Origin: an uncultured Candidatus Saccharibacteria bacterium
Lineage (GTDB): Bacteria; Patescibacteriota; Minisyncoccia; Phycocordibacterales; DAORIS01
DNA length: 64,000 bases
Assembly: GCA_964644035.1 (NCBI GenBank)
Contig: CAZXUH010000001.1
Location: 259,712-323,711 of the forward strand
Direction: 5' to 3'
How positions within the stretch are numbered: position 1 is the stretch's first letter; every line of letters begins with the position of its first letter. Shown piece by piece: positions 47,136 through 56,924 of this stretch. The notes under the pieces were generated by a model. It ran no database searches and was not told the DNA's origin. It worked only from the letters and a program-made list of their open reading frames with translations. A program made the position numbers and the translations under genes.

Positions 47136-47417
47136 TTATTCTTCGTATTTAATGTTTAGTAATTCTTCTATGTCTCTTTCTTCTGATTCGGTCTTTGGAG
47201 AGTATTCAGGTTCTGCACCATCATCAAATCCAGGTATGTAATCTGGCGAGTAACCTAGTTCCTCTGCAATTTGGATGAGATAAGGATTTTTTCTTCCTTT
47301 AGCAATTTGCTTTTGGAGATACCTTTCTTTCCATGAAATTGGTTTCTGTGCGATTGTTGGCATTTTGTTATAGACCGTAGTCGTTAACCTTGGCGTTAGT
47401 AAAGTCTGATTCCTCAA
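47136..47417 (-). CDS. Hypothetical protein.
   Basis: 93-aa ORF. Confidence 0.3.
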   Translation of the reverse strand: MRNQTLLTPRLTTTVYNKMPTIAQKPISWKERYLQKQIAKGRKNPYLIQIAEELGYSPDYIPGFDDGAEPEYSPKTESEERDIEELLNIKYEE

Positions 47418-47646
47418 AGTCTGATCGGATTCTTTCCGCTACTTTCTTTAGATTCAATCTTTCAATGAGCTTTTCTTCTGGAGTTTTAAGTCTCCACATG
47501 ATTTCTCCGTCAAACTCTCCTGTTACAACCACTTCGTTTCTGTCGTACCTCATACTTTTATATTTATGCTCTGCGTGTCTTAACGTGGTGTGTTTTGTTT
47601 CTGTCGTCCCAGCCGCTTTGCGAGAGGCCGAGGCGACAGAACGCAA
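47368..47646 (-). CDS. Hypothetical protein.
   Basis: 92-aa ORF. Confidence 0.25.
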   Translation of the reverse strand: MRSVASASRKAAGTTETKHTTLRHAEHKYKSMRYDRNEVVVTGEFDGEIMWRLKTPEEKLIERLNLKKVAERIRSDFEESDFTNAKVNDYGL

Positions 47647-47896
47647 AGCTATCTAGTAATTTCGACTTCTTGTCTTCCAACAATGTAGTCACCAGCTTTT
47701 CTTACTGCGGAAGATAGAACTATCACCGCAATACATACAATGAGGATGATATTTGCCGTTCTATTCATCCTCTCCTTCTTGAACTTATCGACTTGCGATA
47801 TGTCAAAATGTGTGTCCATATGTTATTTCTATTAATTTGGTTTGACCTTGAAGTGTTTTCACACTCCAAGCTGATGAGATCGGGGGAACTCAACAG

Positions 47897-47931
47897 TTGG
47901 GAAAGAAAAAAGACCCGACATAAATCGGGTC
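47897..47931 (-). terminator. Intrinsic terminator (minus-strand orientation) near the right prophage boundary.
   Basis: GACCCG-ACATAAAT-CGGGTC hairpin followed, on the minus strand, by TTTTTTCTTTCC. It lies downstream of the chromosomal lysozyme-like gene. Confidence 0.5.
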
Positions 47932-48002
47932 ATTTCTCAAAATTTTTTCTGGTTTTAGTCTAAGCGTGGAAGTATTTAACGACAGAATGGCTCTCTAAAG
48001 CC

Positions 48003-48080
48003 ATATTGTGCGACACTACCATAGCTCTGCCCTCAAGAAGTTATCCACAGGTACCTTATTACACCACAAATCACTTTTCA
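48003..48080. repeat. Right copy of the imperfect direct repeat (attR candidate).
   Basis: ATATTGTGCGAC (48003–48014), AGTTATCCACA (48039–48049) and ACACCA.CAAATC, colinear with 7723–7800. Confidence 0.5.
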
Positions 48081-48275
48081 CTCACTCTCCTACCAAATAA
48101 TCCTACAAAAAATAATTTTTATAATATATTCGTGATGAATATCTACACACAAATTATTTTAGGGAATTAAATAATGAAAAAGGAGAGAGACCCCTTCCCT
48201 GCCACAACGCAAAACCCGCCTCAGGGAATACCTGAAGCGGATTTGCTTGTCTGAGATTAGATTGATTTTTCAATG

Positions 48276-48755
48276 TTACTGATACTGACCCCAACATGGT
48301 TTAGATGAGTTCCAAGGTACGGTACCCTGATTCTCATACAACCACTTGGCATACTGAAGGTTACCTTCAAGTGTATCAATGTCGTAACCGAGCTTCTTGG
48401 CGTCTTCACGGTGATATCGTTCGTTGATCTGCATGACACCAGTGTCGCCCTTGTCCACCTTACCTCGAACGACGTTGCCGTTCTTATCAAGGTGTCGGAA
48501 TGTAGATTCACAAAATGCAATCTCGGCAAGGATAGGAGTTTCTTCATAGAAATCTCGAACCGCTTCCTCGATAACAATTTTGTTGTTCTGGTCTGCGAGA
48601 GGGACAGCAATGACTGAAGCATCTCGTGAGACTGAGAGAACCGTTTCCTTTGAGGTAACGCTATTGAGTGCATCCTGACGTACGGGAATCGAACCAGAAG
48701 ATACTATCGGGGACACAAGCATCGCAAACGCTACGGCAATAGTTGTGAATGGCAT
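48276..48755 (-). CDS. Secreted lysozyme-like/transglycosylase-like protein (chromosomal paralog of 9091–9471).
   Basis: Signal peptide and the conserved 'CESTFRHLDKNGNVVRGKVDKGDTGVMQINERYH...NSSKPCWG' block. Confidence 0.5.
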   Translation of the reverse strand: MPFTTIAVAFAMLVSPIVSSGSIPVRQDALNSVTSKETVLSVSRDASVIAVPLADQNNKIVIEEAVRDFYEETPILAEIAFCESTFRHLDKNGNVVRGKVDKGDTGVMQINERYHREDAKKLGYDIDTLEGNLQYAKWLYENQGTVPWNSSKPCWGQYQ

Positions 48756-48969
48756 AGGTTTAAATTAAAAAATCCAGTCGTCGACTGAATTAGGTATATT
48801 GTAACATAATTTGAACCACTTTGTCAATCCTTTTCTGTTTTGATTTAGTATAGGTCCCCTTTTTGTAGGTCTGGAATCAGGCCTATACAGAGCCATATAT
48901 TATCCAATAGATTGGACAGTACTGCCTAAAAGATGGTCTAAATTTGACCTCTTTTTGCACGTGTTTTTA

Positions 48970-49284
48970 CTACTCATTTCCTTTGCACTGCTTCCCTGCC
49001 TCATACCCTGCCCTTTTGGCCTCATCTTTGCTTAAAAATACCTCTTTATTGTCAGGTTTTAGACGTCTTGCACCATAACACCAAGGGAAATAATACTTTT
49101 TTGAGCTTTTAGAGCCTATTACTATGGCATCTGGTGTATATATAGTCTCTATAACTACCCCTGTACGGCTCGATTCGCCTTGTATAAGGTAAAAAAGCAG
49201 TGCCGCTAGTATTAAGACCAGTATACTGATTGACAGTATGAAAAGCTTGTATTTTGGCGCGGTTTTAGGTATACTCTTGTTCAC
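48970..49284 (-). CDS. Membrane-anchored protein with an Ada-like Zn-binding domain.
   Basis: N-terminal TM helix. The C-terminal 'YFPWCYGARRLKPDNKEVFLSKDEAKRAGYEAGKQCK' resembles the Ada N-terminal metal-binding domain pattern. Confidence 0.4.
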   Translation of the reverse strand: MNKSIPKTAPKYKLFILSISILVLILAALLFYLIQGESSRTGVVIETIYTPDAIVIGSKSSKKYYFPWCYGARRLKPDNKEVFLSKDEAKRAGYEAGKQCKGNE

Positions 49285-49323
49285 GTTTTAAACATAGCAA
49301 ATCAGCGATAAAATAGTAATAAA

Positions 49324-49596
49324 ATGGCAACAAAGAAAGCCGGTGGTTCGTCCAAGAACATGCGTGATTCGAACCCTAAGTATTTAGGGGTCAAAATCAC
49401 TATGGGCGGCAAGGCAAAAGTAGGTTCAATCATCATAAGGCAGCGCGGTACCAACTTCATGTTGGGTAGAAACGTTGCTATGGGCAAGGATCATACTATC
49501 TATTCCCTCAAGGACGGTATCGTAGAATTCAAGAACAAGCGCAAGCTCAATTTTGACGGTTCGTCTTCTGTCAAAAAGCTTGTTAGTGTAAACTAA
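49324..49596 (+). CDS. rpmA: 50S ribosomal protein L27.
   Basis: '[24 protein letters not shown]...[10 protein letters not shown]...GKDHTI' L27 signature. Confidence 0.85.
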   Translation: MATKKAGGSSKNMRDSNPKYLGVKITMGGKAKVGSIIIRQRGTNFMLGRNVAMGKDHTIYSLKDGIVEFKNKRKLNFDGSSSVKKLVSVN

Positions 49597-49616
49597 GTCA
49601 ACTAACTCTAAACAAC

Positions 49617-49652
49617 AAAAAAACACCTCCGGAATTCGGAGGTGTTTTTTTA
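49617..49652. terminator. Bidirectional intrinsic terminator between rpmA and rplI.
   Basis: AAAAAACACCTCCG-AATT-CGGAGGTGTTTTTTT. Confidence 0.7.
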
Positions 49653-49659
49653 TTACCGC

Positions 49660-50103
49660 CTACTCAGCAACGATCTTTACGGTAAAGAATCCGTTATTGT
49701 CCCCTATCTTGACGCTGATCTTGTGATCACCTACTTCCTTGATTGGCTTTTCGAGAAGCATGTAGACAGGATTGATATCTATCTTGCTTGAAGCTTTGAG
49801 AGCAGCAGCGACTTCTTCTTTTCCAATACCCTTGAACAAGTGACCTTTTTCATTGGCTGGAGCAGCGATCTCTACTACCACTTCGCTGATCTTCTTGAGA
49901 TTTTTGATAAGAGCTGCTTCTTGTTCTGCCTTGAGCTTGGTTTCTGTAGCTCTGAATGCTTCGAGCTTTGCAATCTCCTGAGCATTGGCCTTTACTGCCA
50001 AGTTGCGAGGCAAGAGAAAGTTGGTGGCATATCCGTCTGAAACTTCCTTCATGTCGAAGCGTTTGCCGACGCCTGACACATCTTTGTAAAATATGACTTT
50101 CAT
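49660..50103 (-). CDS. rplI: 50S ribosomal protein L9.
   Basis: 'MKVIFYKDVSGVGKRFDMKEVSDGYATNFLLP' L9 N-domain and length. Confidence 0.8.
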   Translation of the reverse strand: MKVIFYKDVSGVGKRFDMKEVSDGYATNFLLPRNLAVKANAQEIAKLEAFRATETKLKAEQEAALIKNLKKISEVVVEIAAPANEKGHLFKGIGKEEVAAALKASSKIDINPVYMLLEKPIKEVGDHKISVKIGDNNGFFTVKIVAE

Positions 50104-50127
50104 AATGAGCTTATATACTACTGATTT

Positions 50128-51354
50128 TTAACGAGAAAGCAACTCGACAGCTTTCAGAAACTGAGCGTCTTTTTTGGCTGCAATATCTTCCTGAGTGACC
50201 TTCACTTCGACGTCGGGTATGAGCCCTCCTTCTGATATAGAAACACCTTTTGGTGTGAGCCATCGCGCAACCGTGATCTTGAGAGAGGTATCAGCCGATG
50301 TCGACATGTATTCCTGCACAGAACCCTTGCCAAAGGTCTTTGCACCGACAAGTTGAGCTTTATTGTATTCACGAAGTGCCCCAGCCAAGATTTCTGCCGC
50401 AGAAGCTGAGCCACCATCGACAAGAATAATCGTCTTTACGTCATTGCCTATCACATTGTAGCCCTTGCTACGGTGATAGACGTTCTCTACTCCACCCTTG
50501 AACTCTTCGGTCACGACCGTACTACCTACAGGCAAGAACCAACTTGCCATATCGACAGCAGCATCGAGATATCCACCAGGATTGCCACGGAGGTCAATAA
50601 TCAGCTTTTTATTGCCCGAAAGGACAAATTGCCTTATTGCCTGCTGGAAGAGCCCTGGAGACTGAGCGGTAAATGAATAGAGTCTAATACTAAAGATACC
50701 GTTGGGAAGGACTTCGGTTTCAATCGTAGGAATACTAATCACATCTCTTGTAACAGAAATTTCTTGAGCATGATCACTCTGAGCTCGAAGAATCGTAATT
50801 CTGACGACCGTGCCCTTCTTACCTTTTATAAGTTTGATCGATTCATCAATCGTAAGATTGTTGGTAAGCGTATCATCGATCTTCAAGATCTTGTCTCCTG
50901 GCAATATACCTGCCTTTTCAGCTGGACTGCCTTTGAGAGGTGCGACAACCGTCAAAATATCGTCTTTAATAGACACTTCCATACCTACACCTTCAAAACT
51001 TCCTTCTATTTCACTTTCAAATGATTTGGTTTCTTCTGGTGGGAAGAATGTTGTATATGGATCGCCATATGCTGCCGCAAGGCCTTGGATTGCTCCGTAG
51101 AGTTTCTCCTGATCGGTAATAGGCGGGCGATTCTTTGTATCAGCATACTTTTGATCGAGAAGATTCCAGACTTTCCAGAAAAGGGTGAAGTCTGTGGTTG
51201 TAGCATTTGGATTGTAGACACCAGTAAGTGTTGTGGGGACCTGCACCGACTGAGCCTCCGTATTGCCCCATCGATAACCAACAACGACGGCAACAATAAC
51301 GATGATCAATGTCGATACAATACGTCCAGTATGATATTTTTTGGTTGTGTCCAT
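50128..51354 (-). CDS. ctpA: Carboxy-terminal processing (S41, tail-specific) protease.
   Basis: PDZ-like middle region, 'IDLRGNPGGYLDAAV' S41 motif and an N-terminal anchor. Confidence 0.75.
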   Translation of the reverse strand: MDTTKKYHTGRIVSTLIIVIVAVVVGYRWGNTEAQSVQVPTTLTGVYNPNATTTDFTLFWKVWNLLDQKYADTKNRPPITDQEKLYGAIQGLAAAYGDPYTTFFPPEETKSFESEIEGSFEGVGMEVSIKDDILTVVAPLKGSPAEKAGILPGDKILKIDDTLTNNLTIDESIKLIKGKKGTVVRITILRAQSDHAQEISVTRDVISIPTIETEVLPNGIFSIRLYSFTAQSPGLFQQAIRQFVLSGNKKLIIDLRGNPGGYLDAAVDMASWFLPVGSTVVTEEFKGGVENVYHRSKGYNVIGNDVKTIILVDGGSASAAEILAGALREYNKAQLVGAKTFGKGSVQEYMSTSADTSLKITVARWLTPKGVSISEGGLIPDVEVKVTQEDIAAKKDAQFLKAVELLSR

Positions 51355-52321
51355 GCGCCTGATTTTCTCAAAATTGCGGCGTTACGTCAAAGCACGCTAT
51401 AATATATTCATGACCAATAAGCGGACCTACAACGATATCATTTGGATAGACATGCTCTCTCCAACTCCCGAAGAAGTCCGCGAGCTGATTGAGACCTACA
51501 ATTTGAACCCTGATGTGAGCAATAACATGCTCCTTCCCTCCCCCAATGAGCAAATCTATGATTATAAAGGCTTGGTTTATCTTGTCTTACATTTTCCCCA
51601 CAAAATAAAAAATCGTGAAGAAGTGATCATTCACGAAGTCGACTTCTTAATGAGTAAAAATGTCATTACAACGATTCATTATGATCATTCCGATGCAATT
51701 GATCGTTTTGCCAAATATTTTGAAGTCAGTTCAGTATTAAAGAAGAATGAAATCCCTGATGCTGGCTATCTTTTCTTCGAACTCATCAAGCAGCTCTATG
51801 GCGCTGTAAAGGATGCTACGGAAACGATCGACAGTGAATTGCAGAGTATAGAGCCCAAAGTCTTTCATGGCCGAGAAAAAGAGGTCGTAAGTCACCTCTC
51901 CGTGCTCAACCACTCACTTTTGCAATTTAAGCAAATCGTAAGTCCGCAAAAAGAATTGTTGGAAATGGCTGCTATTTATGGAGAAAATATGTTTGGTAAA
52001 GAATTCAAAGATATAGGCAAAATGCTTTTGGCCGAACATGCCAAAGCGCTCAAAGAGATCGAATATCGCAAAGAAAATCTCAAAGAACTCTGGGATACCA
52101 ACGATACTCTTCTTTCTACCAAGCAAAATGAAATCATGAAGAATTTGGCCATGATTTCCTTTATCACCTTCCCTCTCACTCTTATTGTCGCCATCTTTGA
52201 ACTCTTCACTAGTCTCGAGGGTCGCACCGGCGGAGCTGATTATTTCTGGAAGCTCATGAGCCTCTTGCTTATCGCTACTGGTCTCATGATCTTCTTCTTT
52301 AAACGAAAACGATGGATATAA
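51341..52321 (+). CDS. CorA-family divalent cation transporter-like protein; true start probably downstream at about 51410.
   Basis: Soluble N-terminal domain with two C-terminal TM helices in a CorA-like arrangement ('AIYGENMF...MISFITFPLTLIVAIF'), but the canonical GMN motif is absent or degenerate. Confidence 0.45.
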   Translation: MVVSMRLIFSKLRRYVKARYNIFMTNKRTYNDIIWIDMLSPTPEEVRELIETYNLNPDVSNNMLLPSPNEQIYDYKGLVYLVLHFPHKIKNREEVIIHEVDFLMSKNVITTIHYDHSDAIDRFAKYFEVSSVLKKNEIPDAGYLFFELIKQLYGAVKDATETIDSELQSIEPKVFHGREKEVVSHLSVLNHSLLQFKQIVSPQKELLEMAAIYGENMFGKEFKDIGKMLLAEHAKALKEIEYRKENLKELWDTNDTLLSTKQNEIMKNLAMISFITFPLTLIVAIFELFTSLEGRTGGADYFWKLMSLLLIATGLMIFFFKRKRWI

Positions 52322-53718
52322 CAGACATACGCCTTACCAATACTCTCTCCGGCACCAAGGAGCGTTTTGAGCCTATACAGCCAGGACATGTCGGCATGTA
52401 TCATTGTGGCCCGACGGTCTATCACTATGCTCATATCGGCAATATGCGTGCCTACGTGCTTGCAGATTTGCTTCGCAAGACATTTGAACTTCATGGCTAT
52501 CAAGTGAAGCAGGTTATAAACATTACTGATGTTGGACATCTTACCGACAGCGATACGAGTGATCTTGGTGATGACAAAGTAGAAAAAGCTGCCAAAGCAG
52601 AAAATAAAAGTGCTAAAGAAATTACAAAAAAATACTACGATGTATTTAGAGATGATTTGTCAAAACTCAATATAAAGACCGACAGCACCATATTCCCTTG
52701 GGCGACTGAACATATCAAAGAGCAGATTGATATGATTTCTACGCTTGAGAAGAAAGGCTATACCTATAAAACATCAGACGGTATTTATTTTGATACTTCA
52801 AAATATGAAGCCTATGGCATGCTAGGTAATATTGATATTAAAGGATTAAAGGAAGGCGCGAGAGTGACGGTCAATGAAGAAAAGAAAAATCCTACTGACT
52901 TTGCTCTTTGGAAATTCTCCAAGAAAGGCGAGCAGCGTCTACAAGAATGGGAATCACCGTGGGGCAAAGGTTTTCCTGGTTGGCATATAGAGTGCTCGGC
53001 GATGTCTATAAAATATCTCGGCCAGACTTTTGATATTCATACTGGGGGCATCGATCATATTCCTGTTCATCACAACAATGAAATCGCTCAATCTGTCTGT
53101 GCCACGGGCGAACCTTATGTGCGATTCTGGCTTCACAATGCATTTATCAATATTACCGATGAAAAAATTTCAAAATCTCTCGGCAATACCATTACCCTTT
53201 CACAAATCATAGAAAAAGGTTTCTCTCCCCTTGCACTGCGGTATTGGTTCCTTGGTGCACGATATAGCACGCAAATGAATTTTACTTGGGAAGCACTCGA
53301 AGATAGCCAGAGATCTTTGGAAAAGCTCAATCGCTGGTACAGTACCCTCGAAAAGCCATCTCAGAAAATCGCAACCACAAGCAATACCTATGAGCAGTCT
53401 TTTATTTCTAAAATTAGTGATGATCTCGATACACCACAAGCTCTAGCCACACTTTGGCAGCTTACCAAGGACACTGAACTTTCAGATGAAATAAAATACA
53501 GCACAGCAAACAAAATCAACAGTGTTCTAGGTATTCTTTCAGAAAACACTCAGAGCGCCGATGTATTTTCAGATGAAGTATTTGATCTTATTGAGAAACG
53601 CAATGAAGCTCGAAAAAATAAAGATTTCAAAGCATCAGACGAACTCCGCGATGCTTTACTTAAACACAATATCCAATCAGAAGATTCCAACGATGGTAGT
53701 AGATATTTTCACGCATAA
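52312..53718 (+). CDS. cysS: Cysteinyl-tRNA synthetase.
   Basis: HIGH-type 'YHYAHIGNMRAY' and KMSKS-type 'KISKSLGN' motifs; Zn ligand pattern. Confidence 0.85.
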   Translation: MDITDIRLTNTLSGTKERFEPIQPGHVGMYHCGPTVYHYAHIGNMRAYVLADLLRKTFELHGYQVKQVINITDVGHLTDSDTSDLGDDKVEKAAKAENKSAKEITKKYYDVFRDDLSKLNIKTDSTIFPWATEHIKEQIDMISTLEKKGYTYKTSDGIYFDTSKYEAYGMLGNIDIKGLKEGARVTVNEEKKNPTDFALWKFSKKGEQRLQEWESPWGKGFPGWHIECSAMSIKYLGQTFDIHTGGIDHIPVHHNNEIAQSVCATGEPYVRFWLHNAFINITDEKISKSLGNTITLSQIIEKGFSPLALRYWFLGARYSTQMNFTWEALEDSQRSLEKLNRWYSTLEKPSQKIATTSNTYEQSFISKISDDLDTPQALATLWQLTKDTELSDEIKYSTANKINSVLGILSENTQSADVFSDEVFDLIEKRNEARKNKDFKASDELRDALLKHNIQSEDSNDGSRYFHA

Positions 53719-53916
53719 TAATGGAAAATAAAAAGAAACATAGAATATTCCAATACCTACTCGGCACTGGTATGGCTGTAGGTGCAGCATTTGTTTCAGT
53801 CTTTGATTTTATAACAGGAAAAACGGATCACCCTATTACCTTTGAACAAAAGACTGGCGAGAAAACGGAAAAGGAAGACGAGATTGGTTTGGATCAATAA
53901 ACTGATCTATTAAAAA

Positions 53917-54492
53917 CTACTTAGAAAGAGTCTGACAGAATTCTTTGACTTTCTGCTCAAAAGCTTCGAGCGTGCCACCATTGTCTATGGTCACATCAGC
54001 ATTGGCCGCGATCTTAGGAATATCAAGCTCAGTTCTGACTTTTTCTTCTTCCAGAAAGGTCTCATAGCTCGCTGTCGCCTCTCCTACATATACCTTGCGA
54101 GCTTTGGTGCGTTCATAGCGTACTTCAGGAGGTGCAGTTACATACACAATCATATTTTTAGGGAATTCTCTGATCATTTTTTCATCCGAGAGCCAGCGCA
54201 CACCATCGAGTACGATTATGTCGGCATCAGTGGCTTTTATTCGCGCAGATACAGCATTGGTAAGCGTTCCCAGACCAAATTTTTCATTCATAACAATCGC
54301 CAATTGCTGAAGATTGTGTCGAGTTCTTTCTATACTCCACAAAGCTAATGTTTCAGAAAGAATATCTGAAAATGTAATATGAACGACTTTTTTATCTTTT
54401 ATATATTGAGCGAGAAATTTTGCACATGTCTCTTTGCCGCTTCCCTTCTCTCCGACAATTCCGATCAAGAGTGGCTGCTTGTCTGTAGTCAT
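53917..54492 (-). CDS. P-loop NTPase, nucleoside/nucleotide kinase-like.
   Basis: Walker A 'IGIVGEKGSGKET'; 191 aa. Confidence 0.5.
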   Translation of the reverse strand: MTTDKQPLLIGIVGEKGSGKETCAKFLAQYIKDKKVVHITFSDILSETLALWSIERTRHNLQQLAIVMNEKFGLGTLTNAVSARIKATDADIIVLDGVRWLSDEKMIREFPKNMIVYVTAPPEVRYERTKARKVYVGEATASYETFLEEEKVRTELDIPKIAANADVTIDNGGTLEAFEQKVKEFCQTLSK

Positions 54493-54612
54493 ATATAAAT
54501 AGTAGCATATAAATTTTCATAAAATAAAAATATCACTCTTGCATTTATTGACATTTAAGATAAGATGGTGTCTGGTTTAGTTCATTTAAACTCACATAAG
54601 GAAAGGATTCGT

Positions 54613-55116
54613 ATGAATCTGAGACACGTACGTGACCATGCTCAAGAACTGTTTTACCGTCTTTTTGGTAAGAGCCATGTGTGTGGCTGCGGTCACAAGA
54701 CCAAAAAGAAAGCGTTACTAACCATTCATGGAAAGAAAGGTGTGTACCACGTCACTGATTTGGACTACTGCCCGCAATGTTGGGCAAATGCCGCAATCAA
54801 ATGCGCGTGGTGCGCCGACACGATCGTGCCAGGAGAAGCGATAACTCTCAAAACTCCTGCGAAGGATTTCCAAGTTCCCAACCATGCGCAGATCTACAAA
54901 AAAGAACCGCGTCTGCAGTTAGTTGGTTGTATGCATTGCGACCCTGACGCAATCATGGATAGAGCGGGCTTCTGGGTCATGCCCGGCAAAGTCCTTCGTG
55001 CGGCTTCACCGACTGAAATAATTGCTAATGGAATGCTTGGCGAAGATGAAGTCTATACGTGCAACAACATTATGGATCCGACTCAAGCGATCCTGATCCC
55101 TGATGAAGTGTCTTAA
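54613..55116 (+). CDS. Cys-rich (putative Zn-binding) hypothetical protein, member of a paralogous pair.
   Basis: 'CGCGHK...CPQCW...CAWCADTIVPGE...CMHCDP'. Paralog of 61187–61636. The start is chosen at the Met after a GGA-rich RBS (the track ORF begins at 54565). Confidence 0.45.
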   Translation: MNLRHVRDHAQELFYRLFGKSHVCGCGHKTKKKALLTIHGKKGVYHVTDLDYCPQCWANAAIKCAWCADTIVPGEAITLKTPAKDFQVPNHAQIYKKEPRLQLVGCMHCDPDAIMDRAGFWVMPGKVLRAASPTEIIANGMLGEDEVYTCNNIMDPTQAILIPDEVS

Positions 55117-55390
55117 CTCACACAATTACAAAGGAGATTCTATGTCTATTACTCCAGCCCAATTGATTTTCATTCTGATAGCGATAGCTGCAGCAGCACT
55201 TATATGGATTGCTGTGTTTATATCCTATGTCCGAGAACACTGGAAGAGGTGTCCTGACAAAGACTGTGGCAGCATGTGGTGTTGGAAAAAGACCAAGGAA
55301 TATGGGGGTCCTCAGTGCGAAGACATTCAGGTCTATTCATGCTTTAGTTGCGGGAAGCAAACTCCGCACTTCGACGGGTATGTGAATTGA
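55103..55390 (+). CDS. Small membrane protein with a Cys-rich C-terminus.
   Basis: TM helix 'LIFILIAIAAAALIWIAVFI' followed by 'CPDKDCG..CW...CFSCG'. Confidence 0.35.
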   Translation: MKCLNSHNYKGDSMSITPAQLIFILIAIAAAALIWIAVFISYVREHWKRCPDKDCGSMWCWKKTKEYGGPQCEDIQVYSCFSCGKQTPHFDGYVN

Positions 55391-55543
55391 AGCCTTATTC
55401 TAAGCGCGAAATCTCAATGGTTTCGCGTTTTTTTATTGCATATTATATAAGAAAAAGTACTCTACACACTTAATACACACCTTTTACACCTCCACAAGTG
55501 GTGCCCCATTTTCAATAGATGATAAAATAGTTCTCAAACATCT

Positions 55544-56923
55544 ATGAAACAAGTTGTAAGGCAAAAAATTGTTCGCACACCACCGCAAGGCCTCGAAGCC
55601 GAGATGGCTCTTATCGGTTCTATTATGTTGCGTCCCGATGCCTTCCATGAAGTCATCGATATTATCAAACCTGAATGTTTTTATTCCGAACGCAACAATG
55701 TCATTTGGAATACTATTCTCGAACTGACCAATAAAGGTGCACCTGTCGATCTCCTATCTCTTTCTTCACGCCTGACCGAACGCAATCTTATAAACAACGT
55801 CGGTGGTTCTGCCTATCTAGCTGAAGTGGTCAACAGCGTTCCCTCTTCAGCCAATGTCCGCTACTATGCCGAACTCATTCATAAGAAGTTCATTATGCGC
55901 GAGCTTATCAGAGCTTCTGAGCGCTTGTCTGATCTTGGATATGAAGAAGTAAGTGATATTCAAGAAATCATGGATCAGGCTGAGAAACTTGTCTATGATA
56001 TTGCCCACAAAGGCACCACACACAAGTTTATCGAGCTCAAAGACGCTCTTGGAGAAGCGTGGGATCGTATTGATAAGCTTCACAAGACTCAGGGCGAGAT
56101 TCGCGGCGTACCAACAGGCTTCAAAGAGCTCGATCACAAGCTTGCTGGTTTGCAAAAAGCCGATCTCATCATTCTCGCTGCTCGACCTTCGATGGGTAAA
56201 ACCTCTCTCGCTCTCGATATTGCTCGTCAAGCAGCTATCATGCACAAGATTCCTGTCGGTATCTTCTCTCTTGAAATGAGCTCGCAACAACTCGTCGATC
56301 GTATGGTTGCTGCCGACGCTCAAGTCGATGCTTGGAAACTACGCACCGGCAAACTCACCCAAGAAGAAGAATTCGACAAGATTCAGGAATCACTTGGTCG
56401 CCTCTCCACCGCCCCTATTTATATCGATGACCAGCCAGGTACCAATATTCTCAAAATGCGCAGTACCGCTCGCAAACTCAAGGCAGAAAAAAATCTTGGT
56501 CTTATTGTCGTCGACTATCTCCAACTTATCTTACCTACTCAGTCGAAGAACAATGACAATGTCGTCCAGCAAATCACTGAAATCTCGCGTGCCCTCAAAC
56601 AACTCGCAAGAGAAATGGAAGTGCCAGTCCTCGCCCTCTCACAGCTCTCCCGAGCCGTCGAACAGCGTGGAGGCCGCCCAAGACTCTCTGACCTTCGAGA
56701 TTCCGGTTCTATTGAACAGGACGCCGACGTGGTCATGTTCATTCACCGTGAAGACAAACAAAAAGAAGACTCAGGTCGTCCAAACATTGCCGAAATCATG
56801 ATCGAAAAACACCGCAATGGTCCGACCGGCAAAGTAGAACTCTTCTTCGACGACAAGAAAACAAGCTTCCTTTCTATCGACAAGAACTTTGGCAGTATGG
56901 CTGGCGGCAGTGACGATTTCTAA
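55544..56923 (+). CDS. dnaB: Replicative DNA helicase DnaB.
   Basis: N-terminal DnaB domain, Walker A 'ARPSMGKTS' and RecA-like C-terminal motifs. Confidence 0.85.
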   Translation: MKQVVRQKIVRTPPQGLEAEMALIGSIMLRPDAFHEVIDIIKPECFYSERNNVIWNTILELTNKGAPVDLLSLSSRLTERNLINNVGGSAYLAEVVNSVPSSANVRYYAELIHKKFIMRELIRASERLSDLGYEEVSDIQEIMDQAEKLVYDIAHKGTTHKFIELKDALGEAWDRIDKLHKTQGEIRGVPTGFKELDHKLAGLQKADLIILAARPSMGKTSLALDIARQAAIMHKIPVGIFSLEMSSQQLVDRMVAADAQVDAWKLRTGKLTQEEEFDKIQESLGRLSTAPIYIDDQPGTNILKMRSTARKLKAEKNLGLIVVDYLQLILPTQSKNNDNVVQQITEISRALKQLAREMEVPVLALSQLSRAVEQRGGRPRLSDLRDSGSIEQDADVVMFIHREDKQKEDSGRPNIAEIMIEKHRNGPTGKVELFFDDKKTSFLSIDKNFGSMAGGSDDF

Positions 56924-56924
56924 T

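Noticed and set aside
56307-56801. Plus-strand 164-aa Ser/Pro-rich ORF overlapping dnaB in another frame.
   Set aside because: Alternative frame of a confidently identified DnaB; low-complexity composition.
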